From NCBI RefSeq assembly GCF_000143415.4, contig NW_003314261.1:3049266-3113265 (forward strand): a stretch of DNA of 64,000 nucleotides, in the 5' to 3' direction. Under the pieces are notes generated by a model, which ran no database searches, was not told where the DNA came from, and saw only the letters and a program-made list of their open reading frames with translations. Both the position numbers and the translations under genes were made by a program. This document shows positions 49,463 through 60,494 of the stretch, piece after piece; position 1 is the first letter of the stretch; every line of letters starts with the position of its first letter. This DNA comes from Selaginella moellendorffii (taxonomy: Eukaryota; Plantae; Lycopodiophyta).

Positions 49463-49817
49463 GGCCGAGAAAGAGATCCAAATCTTGATCTTAGGTCCCT
49501 AGAGCATCCGAAAGGGTGAAGGCCACCGAGATTCTCTCCCTTTCTTGCGAAATCTTCCTTAGATCTGCGAAAATCTGCTGTGGCGCTGCTAGCGCTCGGG
49601 ATTCGAGCTACGAGGAAGACGAAATTACTTACCAAAAATTTTCCCCAAGATTGGATCCAGAACGCGGCACTTGCGAACTGTTCACCCAAAAAAGCCTAAA
49701 ACCTTCCCTGACCAAATGGGCTTTTAACACCACTTTTAACGCCAAAAGGGATAAACACGGCCCGTCCGATCGGCCAAGTTTAGGGCAGAGAATCCCGTCC
49801 GTCCGATGCAGGAAAAA

Positions 49818-49912
49818 TCCAACGGTCATCGCAGGGTCCCACGTGAAAAATACGAAAGTCAAGACTATGCCACGTGGCAAGCCCTAGTTTAGGGTACAAT
49901 GGAGGTTTAGGG
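49818..49912. promoter_or_regulatory. Motif cluster in the PPI/LTV1 divergent promoter
   Basis: MSA-like TCCAACGGTC (49818), TCP-type GGTCCCAC overlapping CACGTG (49835-49845), palindromic G-box GCCACGTGGC (49869-49878), and two TTTAGGG telomere-like motifs (49888, 49906). Confidence 0.5.
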
Positions 49913-49928
49913 CTTGCGGCGAGGAGGG

Positions 49929-51566
49929 ATGGGCAAGAAGAAGAAATTCATCGACAAGAAGAAATCCGCCACATTCGCGCTGCTCTACCGGGAATCTGGC
50001 GATGGCGAGGAGATTGGGGGTGAGCGAGTGTACACGCGAGTGGACGGCAATACCGCGATCCGGTTGCCAGGTTTCGAGCAAGACGACGACGATGATTCCA
50101 GGTTTGCTGATGCTGAGGAGGAAGAAGAAGAAGGGGAATTGGAGGCGGCAGTGGCGAAGATGGAGATTACTCCGCAGGGATTGCCGGAGCATGTAAGGAG
50201 AGAGCTCGTGGAGATGGGATTTCCAGACGATGGCTACAATTACATGAAACATATGAGGAGCATTGGTGCTGGAGGCGGTAGCGTCTTTGTTCCCACGACC
50301 AGTGAGACGAGTAATGTTCTTCCAGCCGATTTTAAGGTATGATTTTTTCTTTCTTCCTTCGCTTGCGATCCAATAGAGTTTCGTTCTTCAGGCTTATGAT
50401 GCTTCCAAAGTTCCTGTCAAGGAAGCGGTTGCGGACGAATCTGCCAGTAACACGATCAATCTCAGGCAGATTCGAAGTGCGTTTGTCAAGGTGGGAGGCT
50501 TGGATCCCGAAGTTGCTGCTGTTCTCGAGGAGAGTGATTTCTCAGACGATGATGGGGACGAGTCCGATGGTTTGCAAGACGATTTTATCCTCATTGCAAA
50601 CAAGGGGGTGGAGGAAGAGGCCAAAGCCGAAACTTCCAACAGGAAGGATTTGCCACCCGTGAAAAGGTTCGAAGAAGAGGAAGGGGAAGAAGTTCGGTCT
50701 TTCGCAGCGATGGCCATCACCGACGAGCGAGCGAATGGTATTCTCGACGAGCAGTTTGAAGTGGTAAATCTCTTGCCGCAACTTATCGAGATCGTGACTG
50801 ACTATCGTTTCTTTTGCAGCTCACCTCGAAAGAATACGACTGTGATGTTGCGGACTTCGGGGACGACGATCCGCGAGCCAGAGGCCAGGCCCACATTTCG
50901 GAATTCACGTCGATCTTTGACGAGTTTCTTGCGGAAAATCCGAGTTTCGTGAGCAAGCCAGTTCAACCGACAGTGAAGCAAGAGAGACTGGAAGAAGTGC
51001 TAGTGGTGCAAGAGTACGAGGAGTTTGGAAAGAGCAGTGAGTCTGCGGAGGAAGAGCTGGAAACAGTCTGGGTTGACGAAAGCGACGCTGACAAAAAGGC
51101 GAAATGGGACTGTGAGACGATCGTGTCTACACTGTCGAACCTCGACAATCATCCATCGAGGATCGGAGCTCCAGTCGGCAAACGGGTCGACTTCTCCTCG
51201 ATTCGCCAGGCGCAGCAGCAAGTGATTCGCATTGGCGGCAAGCAAAAGTTGCCACTGGATTTCGTGACGCCAAAGACGAGCGAAGTGTTGAGCGAGCGGA
51301 AGAAAGAGTCGGAGCCACACAAGAAAACCGCTCCGCTGCGACAAAAGGGAGAGAGCAAAGAGGAACACAAAGCTCGAAAGGTGAGTTTGATATTTTCTTT
51401 GGAACTTAGTTCTCAGTTGCTGCTTTGGTTTTGGCAGAGCGCAGTGAAAGACGAACGACGAGCTGCGAGGATGGCCAAAAAGGAGCTCAAAACTCGATTC
51501 AAAATTGAGTCACAGAGAGCACAGTCTGGGGCCGCAGTAGCAGCACCACCAACAATTCACCTCTAG
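49929..51566 (+). CDS. LTV1: LTV1 homolog (40S ribosome biogenesis factor), multi-exon
   Basis: MGKKKKFIDKKKSATFALLYR, ELVEMGFPDDGYNYMKHMR, LQDDFILIAN, KWDCETIVSTLSNLDNHP and ESKEEHKARK|SAVKDERRAAR. Confidence 0.92.
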
Positions 51567-51636
51567 GTAGCTTATTCTCGTTCGAATTCCATGACAAAAT
51601 CGACCATATGCTCCACTTTTCTTCTTCGCTTTTTTC

Positions 51637-53920
51637 TTACAGGATCGGCTCTTTTCTATACTCCCTGAGAATGACAGGGACGCTCGTCGGTGGAACCTGC
51701 ACAACCGGAAAACTCAGTCACTCAAACTTCTGTTTTCAATGATGCAACTCACCATCCCGTGCTCGGTGATGATCATCGAGACGTAGTCGGCAGGAGTTGC
51801 GTCATACCTGGAAGTAACGCAATATGAAGAAAGGGAGAAACGAATCTCATTTGCGCACTCACGTTAGATTCAGCAACCGGAGATGCTCGCTCTCGTCCCA
51901 GCCAACAAGCTCGCGAAATTCCTTCCTCCCGGCAACTCCAACGAGAGCATCTGGATCGCCTGGAAGGAAGAACTGAGCTCAGACCCAAACCAAACAAAGC
52001 TTACCGAGCTCGTTGGAGCAAATGGAGTCGAGCTGGACTCTCTCGTGGAACTTGTACGTCTCGCAGCAGATCATGACGGGTACCCGGTAACCATGAGCGA
52101 CCATTGCGGCCGCAGCAGTGCCGACTCTCGAATAAACAGTGCCGTTCGCTAGAATCGAAGCAGCTCCCAGGAAAACCTTCGTCACCTCTTGCATGATGTA
52201 AGTGACAGCGTTGATGTGCGTGTACGTGCACTTCAGCCCCTGGGCCAGAAGGCTGCGAAGAAGAATTCGTCCCTCGAGCCTGGGCCTGGAATCCACGACC
52301 ACCACCCGGAACTTCTTCCCAATGCTGTGCGCGTGAGAGAGAACCATCTCGACGACGCACGAGAAGCCGTGCGTGAGAACCACGTCCCCGTCGATGATCT
52401 TCGTCACTGCGTGCTTCACTATCTCCTTGTCGGCCAGAATGATCTTCTCCTGAGCAAACGTCTCCAGGTGAGAGACGAGGCTCGACTTTGCCTCCGCCTC
52501 TGTGAGCGTATCCCGCAGCTTCCCGATCTTCAACTTGAACGATCGTATCGCGTTTCCCATGCTGATCGAGAGCGGCCGGCATGTACTGAGAAACGAGACG
52601 TGGCTGTTGATCTTGGCTGTGAGATCTCGAGACATGACCTTTTGAGGCGGTGTTGTGTAGTCTCGGATCATCTCCTTGAAGGCCTCCAGCATCGCAACGC
52701 ACCTCGCATTTCCGCCGACGATGTCCCACGTCAAGTACTTCAGTCCAACCTGCAACGCTTTGCGTTTTAGCCGACGAAGGAAAAGAAGAAAGAAAGCTAG
52801 CCTGATACACAGCCGGGTGTATATGCATCGTATCATTCTGGAGGTACTTCTCTTCCAGCGCTTGGAGCTGTGTAGGCGGCACAAACTGTGGAAGATGCCG
52901 GAAGAGCTCTACTCGATGCTTGGTCTCGGTGGTTTGTTCCACAATTGCTCGTCGCCTCGCTTTCGCCACCTTTTGCTCGTCATCGAACTGCAGCCTCGGA
53001 GCCGGGGCATCCTTCCTTTTGTCCTTCTCCGGAACGACTACTTCCTTCTTCTTGTCCTTCTCGCCGCTCTTGTCCACGGGCTTCTTGTCAACTCCTTTCT
53101 TTTCGTTGCTGCCATCTTTCTTCTGCGGTGGTGGCTTGGCCTTTGCTACGGCCGCTGTGCTAAACACGGGTTAGTCCCAGCTTCCCACATACCAGGCATG
53201 AAGAAGGTTTGATTACCAGAAGCTCTGGCCGCTTCTTTCGCTGCTCGCTGAGACTCTTGCAAAGCCCGCCTCTCCGCCTTGGACGTCCGATCCTTGAGTT
53301 TCCTTTGCCGTGCATCGTTCTCTGGTCCTGGAAAACACTTTCGATCATCCCAAAAGTTCCTCGAGAAAAAGGCTACCTTCGTTGTTGTTGATCGCTGGAA
53401 CTTCCACTCGCTCACTGATAACGTCGGCTGTGCTCTCATTCTCCTTCTCCGGCACCGGAAGCTCATACTTGCTTCTCTCGAGACTCATCTCCATCATGCT
53501 GCTATTCAACTCTGCCACCATCGTGGGAGAGAGGTCTCCAATCTCGGCCTTCTCGCTGCTAGCCTTCCCATACGAGCTATTCGGGCTCCCCGCAAGAACT
53601 CCCTCTCCACCGGGGTTATAACTCCCCAGTGGCATTTCATCCTCGGCATCGAAATTCCGGGGCGGCAGGGGCGGAGAGCGCGGCGGGATTGGCACGGGAG
53701 CCGCGGGCTTTGGAGGAGAATGATCCGCCGCCGCCGGCACTGCTACGCGAGGCGCGGGCGGGATCATCACCGGCGCTGGCGAATCCGGGGCATTTACCTG
53801 CGCTGACGACGACGACACCCCCGCGGGGCCGTCCTGCTCGCCCGGCGTCACGAATCCAACCTGCCGGACCTTGGGATCGATCACCATCCGCCCTCGCCGG
53901 GCTCCTCCTCCACTCTCCAT
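51637..53920 (-). CDS. Translation initiation factor eIF2B delta subunit, multi-exon
   Basis: [99 protein letters not shown] and VPPTSVPVILREY. Confidence 0.96.
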
Positions 53921-53990
53921 CGCTAAAACCCTTGCCCTATTTTTTTTTTCTTCTTCACTTCTTCAGGGGTTTAGGGTTCTTCATGGATTT

Positions 53991-56729
53991 ATGATGCGGC
54001 GATCCGCCAATCCTAAATCCAGCAGCGCGATCGCGGGCGCGGCGAGCACAGCGCAATCGCTCAAGGCGGATTTCCTCAGCCGCATCGCAAAGTGGGCGTC
54101 GGCCGCGGTTCCTCCTCTCGGCGCTCTCTGGGGCCATCGATTGGCAGCGTCGTGCGAGAAAACGGGCGCTTCGATCAAGAACCAGGTCCAGTGCCAAAGG
54201 TACGCCCTCTTTCCCTCTTGCCTGGATCATGGAAAGGATTTTCCAGTGTGGTTTTCTTCTTCGATCTTGCAGTTGTTCCTTTTCCTTGCATGCTGGCTGA
54301 TCGTCGTGCTTGCAGGCTGTGTCTACTTTAATCCAACCTTTTGATACAGGTGTGAGACGATCATCGCCAGCAGTGACGAGCTCTCCGCCGCCAAAAAAGC
54401 TGGTTTCCGGATTTGCAGCTACTGCGGTCACCACAACACACTCAAGAAATCCAAGCCGAGCTCCAACCCCGCTACCCCGGATCAGCAAACTTCTACCGCG
54501 AAGAAGAGGAAGAGGAAAAGCTGGTCGACGCTCAAGGACGTCGCGGCCACGCAGGGACAAAAGGTGATACGCTCCGCTGCCAAATCCTCGCCGAGGAGCG
54601 AAAAGGTCGCCAAGAAAAAGAGCAGGATGTCTTCTCCGAGCGTTGCTGTGACTCCGATTCCTGCAGAGGACGAGAAGAGAAGCAATGGAGACTCAAATCT
54701 TGTGGAGTACAGGGTGGTGGTGACGGATCACGAGAATGATGGCAATGGTGGCGAGGCCGACTTTAAGCTCTCGGCTCTCAGGAAGGTGGTCGAGTTTGAT
54801 TCCAGTATGTGCGAGACTCAAGAAGTTATTGCCGAGTCCGGCCACGTGAAGGTGCTGTGCGTGGAGAACGTTGCTGCCGAGCTTGGCGAAGCTGTGATCA
54901 CGACGGTAGAGCAACAGGAAACAAATCCAGATGAGAAGGGAAAAGATCGTGAAGTAGTCGAGTCCAGAGTGACGACTGCTGAGCTTGTGGAGGTGGACAT
55001 GGTTACTGAGGCGGAGATGAGTGCTCCAATGGATACTGAGGCCGAGGTGATTGCTCCAATGGATACTGAGGCCGAGGTGGCCGCAAAGGACGCAAGCGAG
55101 AACGAGTTACCACCTTCGAAAGAAAAGGAGTTCCTTGTTTCAGTGGAACTGGTCTCTGCCAAGAACCAAGTGGAAGTGGACTCTATAGCACCTGTTGTGG
55201 AACCTCAGCTTGTCCCGAATCAAATGGAGGGCAGTGAGCTTCTTCCAAGAGAAGTCGAGATGCCTGCCTCAACGGACGCTGTGAAGGATTTGGATTTGAA
55301 CAGCAAACCTGAGACGCTGGACGAGCTTCCCTCGCAGACAGAACTAGCCTCACAGACTGCTGGCTCGGAACTGGTTCCAGAGAAGGAGGAGCTGCCAGCT
55401 TCAGAGCAACTTGACAACTCTTCTTTAGAGCAGAAGGACCTTGAGGTGCCAGCTGAAGAAACTGAGCTGCCACAACGGGAAGAAGAAGACGAGCTGCCAG
55501 TTTCTGAAAACGCTGAAGAGAAGTCTACGATGGAGGAGCTTGAACCAGAGAAACCTGAAAACACGACTGCGGAGAATCCTGGAAACTCTACTACCATGGA
55601 AGAGGAAATGCGTGCTTCCGTACAAGAGGAACCTGACCTTCATACTTCGATGGAAGCTGAAGTGCCATCTGAGCGTGCTACTCCCATTGAACCTGAACGG
55701 CCGGACGACATAGCGATGGCAGCACCTGAGACTGCATTTGACAGCTCGCATCGACGTGATCCTGCCAAGATGAAGAGACGATTTGTGCGTCAACGTGATC
55801 CTGCTGGTGCCTTGAAGAGCATTGTCCGGTTTGTGAGCTTGAGTCTAGCTGTTACGTTTCTCTCATTCTTGGCATTTGCAGCTCGTATTCCCACGCGAGG
55901 ACCGTTCGAACGGCATGCCATGACGCACACTTGGGTGCTATCAAGCGACAATGCAAGGTACAAGCATTGTTTTTCCTTGGCAGCGCACTTTCTCACCTCC
56001 AGATTGTTAAAGGCTCTGCTTGCTCGTAGCAAGAAGGAGAAGGAGAAAGCTGCATCAGAGAAGAAGCGTGCTGACGAACTCTTGTTAGCTCTCAAACTTT
56101 ATAAATCCGCGCGGTAAGTCTCCCAAACTTCTCCGTGTGTCAAGCTAAGTTTTTTGCCCTGCAGGAAACCTCAACGCGGCCATGTAGCTAAGTTGGAGGG
56201 CAGCTTGCCGGTAAGTGACTAGTTTGGCACTTTCTTTGAACTTGCGTGACAATGGATCTCCAGGAACTGAGGAGCGAGATGAACAAAGTTTCGGACGAGG
56301 TGAGCACGCTGTCTGGCACAGTGACGCATCTCATCGCGGCAGTGGAAGAACTCAGATCGAAAATCGCTGGTATGAGTAGTAGTTGTTCATCCAAACTCAA
56401 GTAACTCGCGTTGCATTGATGTAGCTGAGAAGAATGCGTCTCCTCACGAAGCACACGATCGAGACGTCGAGCAGCAAGACACGGCGGCGGCAAGCTGGGA
56501 GGAAGATGGCGTGAAACCTCCCGAGAGATTGGAAGCTATTGATGCTGGGAACAAGGACGACAAAAAGAATCCCGGAGATGGCGACAAGATCTCCCAGAGG
56601 CTTGGAGTTTCAGGGCTCTCGCGAAAGATTTGCAAGAAGAACCTGAGGACCATCTCGCCAAGCTTACGTCTCAAAGGCAACGTCACGCTCACGAAGATTG
56701 GTAGACGATGGAAGATTGGCTCCCATTGA
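53991..56729 (+). CDS. Rpr2/Rpp21/Snm1-like zinc-ribbon protein continuing in frame into a long acidic region and coiled-coil exons (may be two genes)
   Basis: Exon 1 reads FLSRIAKWASAAVPPLGALWGHRLA...QCQR. After a GT-AG intron at 54200-54349, exon 2 reads CETII...CSYCGHHN...KKRKRKSWSTLKDVA and runs with no stop into the 517-aa ORF 54564-56117. The 3' exons and the end are uncertain. Confidence 0.7.
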
Positions 56730-56847
56730 TTGATCCAAGCAAGAGTTTTTTTGTTGTATATAATAAGCATTAAGGTGAAGCGTTGCTATATTAATCGATG
56801 TTAGGTTAACTAAGACACGTTTTGGTGGTTTCTTGTGCCACAAGTAA

Positions 56848-57089
56848 CCGCGTCTCTCCAGAATCTTCCGGCGTCCGCGATACGCCCACGTGGCAGATAT
56901 TACCCTCTCTCACTACGTGTCTCTTTCTGGCCCGCACAACTCTCCACGTGGATGCTTTCGTGTCCGGGCAGCATCCAGCCACGTCTGCCCGATAGCCGGA
57001 AAAGGTAGCTCATCGCCGGTGCATCCACGGCGAAGATTCTTCCAAATAACACCGCGCTTTTTGGGGCGTTGGATTAGCACGGTATAAAT
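56848..57089 (+). promoter_or_regulatory. ABRE/G-box cluster and TATA box upstream of the DREB2-like gene
   Basis: CCGCGT (56848), CACGTGGC (56887), TACGTGTC (56914), CACGTG (56945), GCCACGTC (56978) and TATAAAT (57083). Confidence 0.7.
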
Positions 57090-57302
57090 TAGGGTTCCGT
57101 GTGGCATCTTTAAATGCGCTAGGAAAGGATCACAAGAAAAGAGAAGAAGCAAGAGGCAATTGGATTTGGAGCTGCTAGCTTGGATTTCTAGAAGCTTTCT
57201 AGGGCAGCAGCGGCGAAGCTTCCAATCGGTGGGGGATATAATCCGCGATAGGGTTTCTTCTCGAGCTCTTCCCATCGATCCGATTTGAAAAAACGCGATT
57301 GC

Positions 57303-58505
57303 ATGACTGTGAACGGCGCGGCCAGGAAGAAGATTGCTTCCCCTCCCAGCAATCTCTTGGTAAGAATCTCTCCGCGCTCCTCCTCCGCTCTTCTTTCTTT
57401 CGATTCCTCTCGAGATTGCTTTGCGCGCAAGCTAGGGAAGCACTCACATTTCGGCTTCCCTCTCCAGATATCTCATGAAATTGGCGATCGCCCGGAGGAG
57501 CAGCAGCAGCGGCGGCGGGCAGGGATCAAGCGGAAGCGCGCGCTCCAGGAGTCAGCTCCGATGATTCTTGCCAGGGTTTCATCCTCGCTCCCTCCAATGT
57601 CTGGGGGTGAATCGGACTCCCCGTCTAGCCGGGCGAAATTCACGCGCAGCCGGCGCAAGAACTCCACTGGGATGATGCATTCCATCCAGAACGGCGCGGC
57701 CGCCGACGCGCTGGCATCCTGGGCGTGCTCTCCAGCAGGATCATCGATCAAGAAGGCGCCGGCCAAGGGTTCCAAGAAGGGATGCATGAAGGGCAAGGGC
57801 GGGCCGGAGAATCCCCTGTGCCACTACCGTGGCGTGCGCCAGAGGACGTGGGGGAAATGGGTCGCGGAGATTCGAGAGCCCAATCGAGGATCGCGGCTGT
57901 GGCTGGGGACCTACGCCACTGCCGAGGAAGCGGCGATGGCCTACGACGATGCAGCGCGGGTGCTCTATGGATCGTGCGCGCGCCTCAATCTCCCAGTCTC
58001 TGGGAGCGCCGGCGGCCAGCGATCGCAAGCGATCAACTTGGATTCATCGCGGCAGACTTCGTCCAGGAAGAAGATGGCGATCAAGGAGGAGGAGGAGGAG
58101 GATTGTGACTCGGGTGTCAAGATGGAGGAGGACGATGGCGAGAGCAGCATCTCCACGTCGTTCCAGTCGATGCAGTCGCCATCCTCGTATGATTCGTCGT
58201 CGGTGGAGCAGGGCGTGAGGGTGAAAGAGGAGCCAGGGGAGATGAAGCAGGAGGATTCCTCGTCGTCGTCCCAGCAGCAGCAGCAGTCGCAGGGGCTGGC
58301 GATCATGGACGACTTGGGTTTCAGCGAGTGCGAGGACTTCCAGGAGCTCATCGATCCGGAGGAACTCATGCGGATTGTGGAGGGAGAGGACTATGACAGG
58401 AACACGAGCCAGATTTGGCAGCAGCAGCAGCAGCAGTGCCAGCAGCAGCCAGCGGCCATGGACGATTTGATGCCGTGGGAGGTGTCGTTCGATCCTCCCA
58501 GCTAA
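57303..58505 (+). CDS. DREB2: DREB2-type (A-2 group) AP2/ERF transcription factor
   Basis: [20 protein letters not shown] followed by [30 protein letters not shown]...[22 protein letters not shown], with an acidic C-terminus. The start codon and first intron are inferred. Confidence 0.93.
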   Translation: MTVNGAARKKIASPPSNLLVRISPRSSSALLSFDSSRDCFARKLGKHSHFGFPLQISHEIGDRPEEQQQRRRAGIKRKRALQESAPMILARVSSSLPPMSGGESDSPSSRAKFTRSRRKNSTGMMHSIQNGAAADALASWACSPAGSSIKKAPAKGSKKGCMKGKGGPENPLCHYRGVRQRTWGKWVAEIREPNRGSRLWLGTYATAEEAAMAYDDAARVLYGSCARLNLPVSGSAGGQRSQAINLDSSRQTSSRKKMAIKEEEEEDCDSGVKMEEDDGESSISTSFQSMQSPSSYDSSSVEQGVRVKEEPGEMKQEDSSSSSQQQQQSQGLAIMDDLGFSECEDFQELIDPEELMRIVEGEDYDRNTSQIWQQQQQQCQQQPAAMDDLMPWEVSFDPPS

Positions 58506-58842
58506 TACTTCGCCCCCAACTCCCTGGTCAGCGCGGGGAAAGATTTTGAGCAAGGGCGATCGTTCTTTCTATGTTCTTCGATCGTTCTGTTCGTTTCACG
58601 CTTGGTGGAAAACTAGCGGGTTGGTCGGTTCAGTTGGATGGTCGGTAGGAGGGAGTGTACACTAGGAACAAGAGAGGGAAAAGGAGAAAATTTTGCTTGG
58701 TAGGTAGGAAGGAGGGTGCTAAAATTCCTCCTTTTGTAATTACCTATAATGAAAAGAAAAAAATGCGTAGAAGCGTTTGAAAAGGCCCATTTGAAAATTT
58801 CTTTGTGATTATATCGTTCTTTAGAACCCTAAGCTTGGGAGG

Positions 58843-60211
58843 ATGATTCTTCGATTGTGGTGTTGGCACGCGCACGGGGCACTTGTTCTGGGCGCGCGGC
58901 AGCGATGGCGCGCTCCAGCAGGTCAGTCGCATTGCTCGGATTTGATACGAGGATGAGTGTGTGGAGGAAAGTGTGTGATTTGCAGCGGCTAGATTGTACT
59001 GTTCTTGTCAAGCGGATCTTTCGCGTGTGCTTGAGAAGGTAATCTCGCCGTAGATGTTTGACCAGGTAGTGAGTGATGTTTTCTTGCTGGCAAACAGGCA
59101 GACAGAGCTGTCGAGAGGCAAGAGGTTTTGCACACGGATTTCCTGACACCACCCGCATTGCAAGAGTCGCTTGCGTGCGTGAGAAAGCTCGCGGATGTTG
59201 GAGTGGTTGTCTCTGGGGGCTACGCTCAGGTAGAGACGATCAAAACAAAAACAAAAACAAAAATGGAAAACTTTGTGGAACTTTGTTCCAGGCTGAAAGA
59301 TGTCGTCTATCACTTGGCCCTGCCGATCTGATAAGAGCTTCCCAATGCAGCGCCGGTGGATATCCTGGAGCAGTATCAGCATTGAGGTACCATTCCATAT
59401 ATCCCAGCTGTAGCTTTCATGTTGCTCGATTTCTTTGCAGTGTTTCTGGCAAGTTCGTCCATGATGCAGCCAACCATGGGGATTTTCTTGGAGCAGTCCT
59501 GGGAACAGGAATTGTTCGCGAGAAAGTTGGAGACATTATCGTTCTGGTAAGTTCTATCTTTGCGACTGTGTAAGATGACATTTACTGTTGCAAGGATTGT
59601 TCTCAAGGTGCGCAAATCCTAGTCGCCCCGGAGCTCGTCGAGTATCTTATCGCCTCTCTCAAGCAGGCAAGTGGTAGAATTCGTCGTGAGGATTTTCACT
59701 TGCTAGTTATGTTTCACACAGGTGAGAACCATTTCAGTCCAATGCAAAGAAATACCACTCGCCGAGATAGAAATCCATAAACCAAGGTAGAGCTAGTACT
59801 TTGCTGAAGGTTGCTAACATTCGTGTTGAAAAGGGTGAAGGCTTTGAAATCTGTGGAAGCATCGTTGAGGCTGGACGCTGTTGCCAGTGCAGGGTTTAAG
59901 CTCTCGCGTTCTAAGCTTGCAGACTTGATAAGGTAGAGTTGAAGAGATGGAAGCTAATGCATCGGACTGTTTGGCTTCGGCTTTTACTCTGAACAGCAAA
60001 GGGGACGTAAGATTGAATTGGAAAGAGGCAACAAAGAGCAACACGAGCTTGAAATCTGGGGATGTTATCTCCCTCGCTGGTAAAGGAAGACTCCAGGTTA
60101 GTATCAAACTTGCTGGAATGCTTTTGAGACGAACTCTCTTGTCTTTAGATCGGTGAGATCGAAACAACAAAGAAAGGAAAATTTTCCGTGGAAATGATCT
60201 GCTATGAATAA
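58843..60211 (+). CDS. YlmH/Sll1252-like S4-domain RNA-binding protein (probably plastid), multi-exon
   Basis: HTDFLTPP, GGYAQAERCRL, HGDFLGAVLGTGIVREKVGDI, EASLRLDAVASAGFKLSRSK, GDVRLNW, GDVISLAGKGRL and TKKGK. Confidence 0.92.
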
Positions 60212-60332
60212 AGAGCAAACCAGGAAAAGTTGTTTGAAGATCAACATCAAGCCGTTGTCACCATTTGCGACCACACAAATTACTTTGGTGGCCTATTAAA
60301 TTGAATTAATTATGTTTTATAATTTTTGAGTT

Positions 60333-60494
60333 TGTGAGGGCCAAGTGTACGGCTATGATGCCGTATATTAATATTAGTGTAGTGGGATTTTGGTAGCCGT
60401 TGGATTAGTTTCAATTTGGACCACTCGCTCTTGTATATAAATTAGGGTTTTTGGGCTAATTGATATGCACATTTCTATATTCCAAACATTCACA
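60333..60494 (+). repeat. Candidate 5' LTR (162 bp) of the gypsy element
   Basis: TGTGA...TCACA inverted ends, an internal TATATAAA, and a following TGGTGAA PBS-like motif. The partner LTR is not in the window. Confidence 0.55.

Noticed and set aside
53967-53978. Telomeric repeat or telomerase RNA template
   Set aside because: Under two repeat units in a promoter spacer with no snRNA-type USE/TATA arrangement; better read as a telo-box-like motif.
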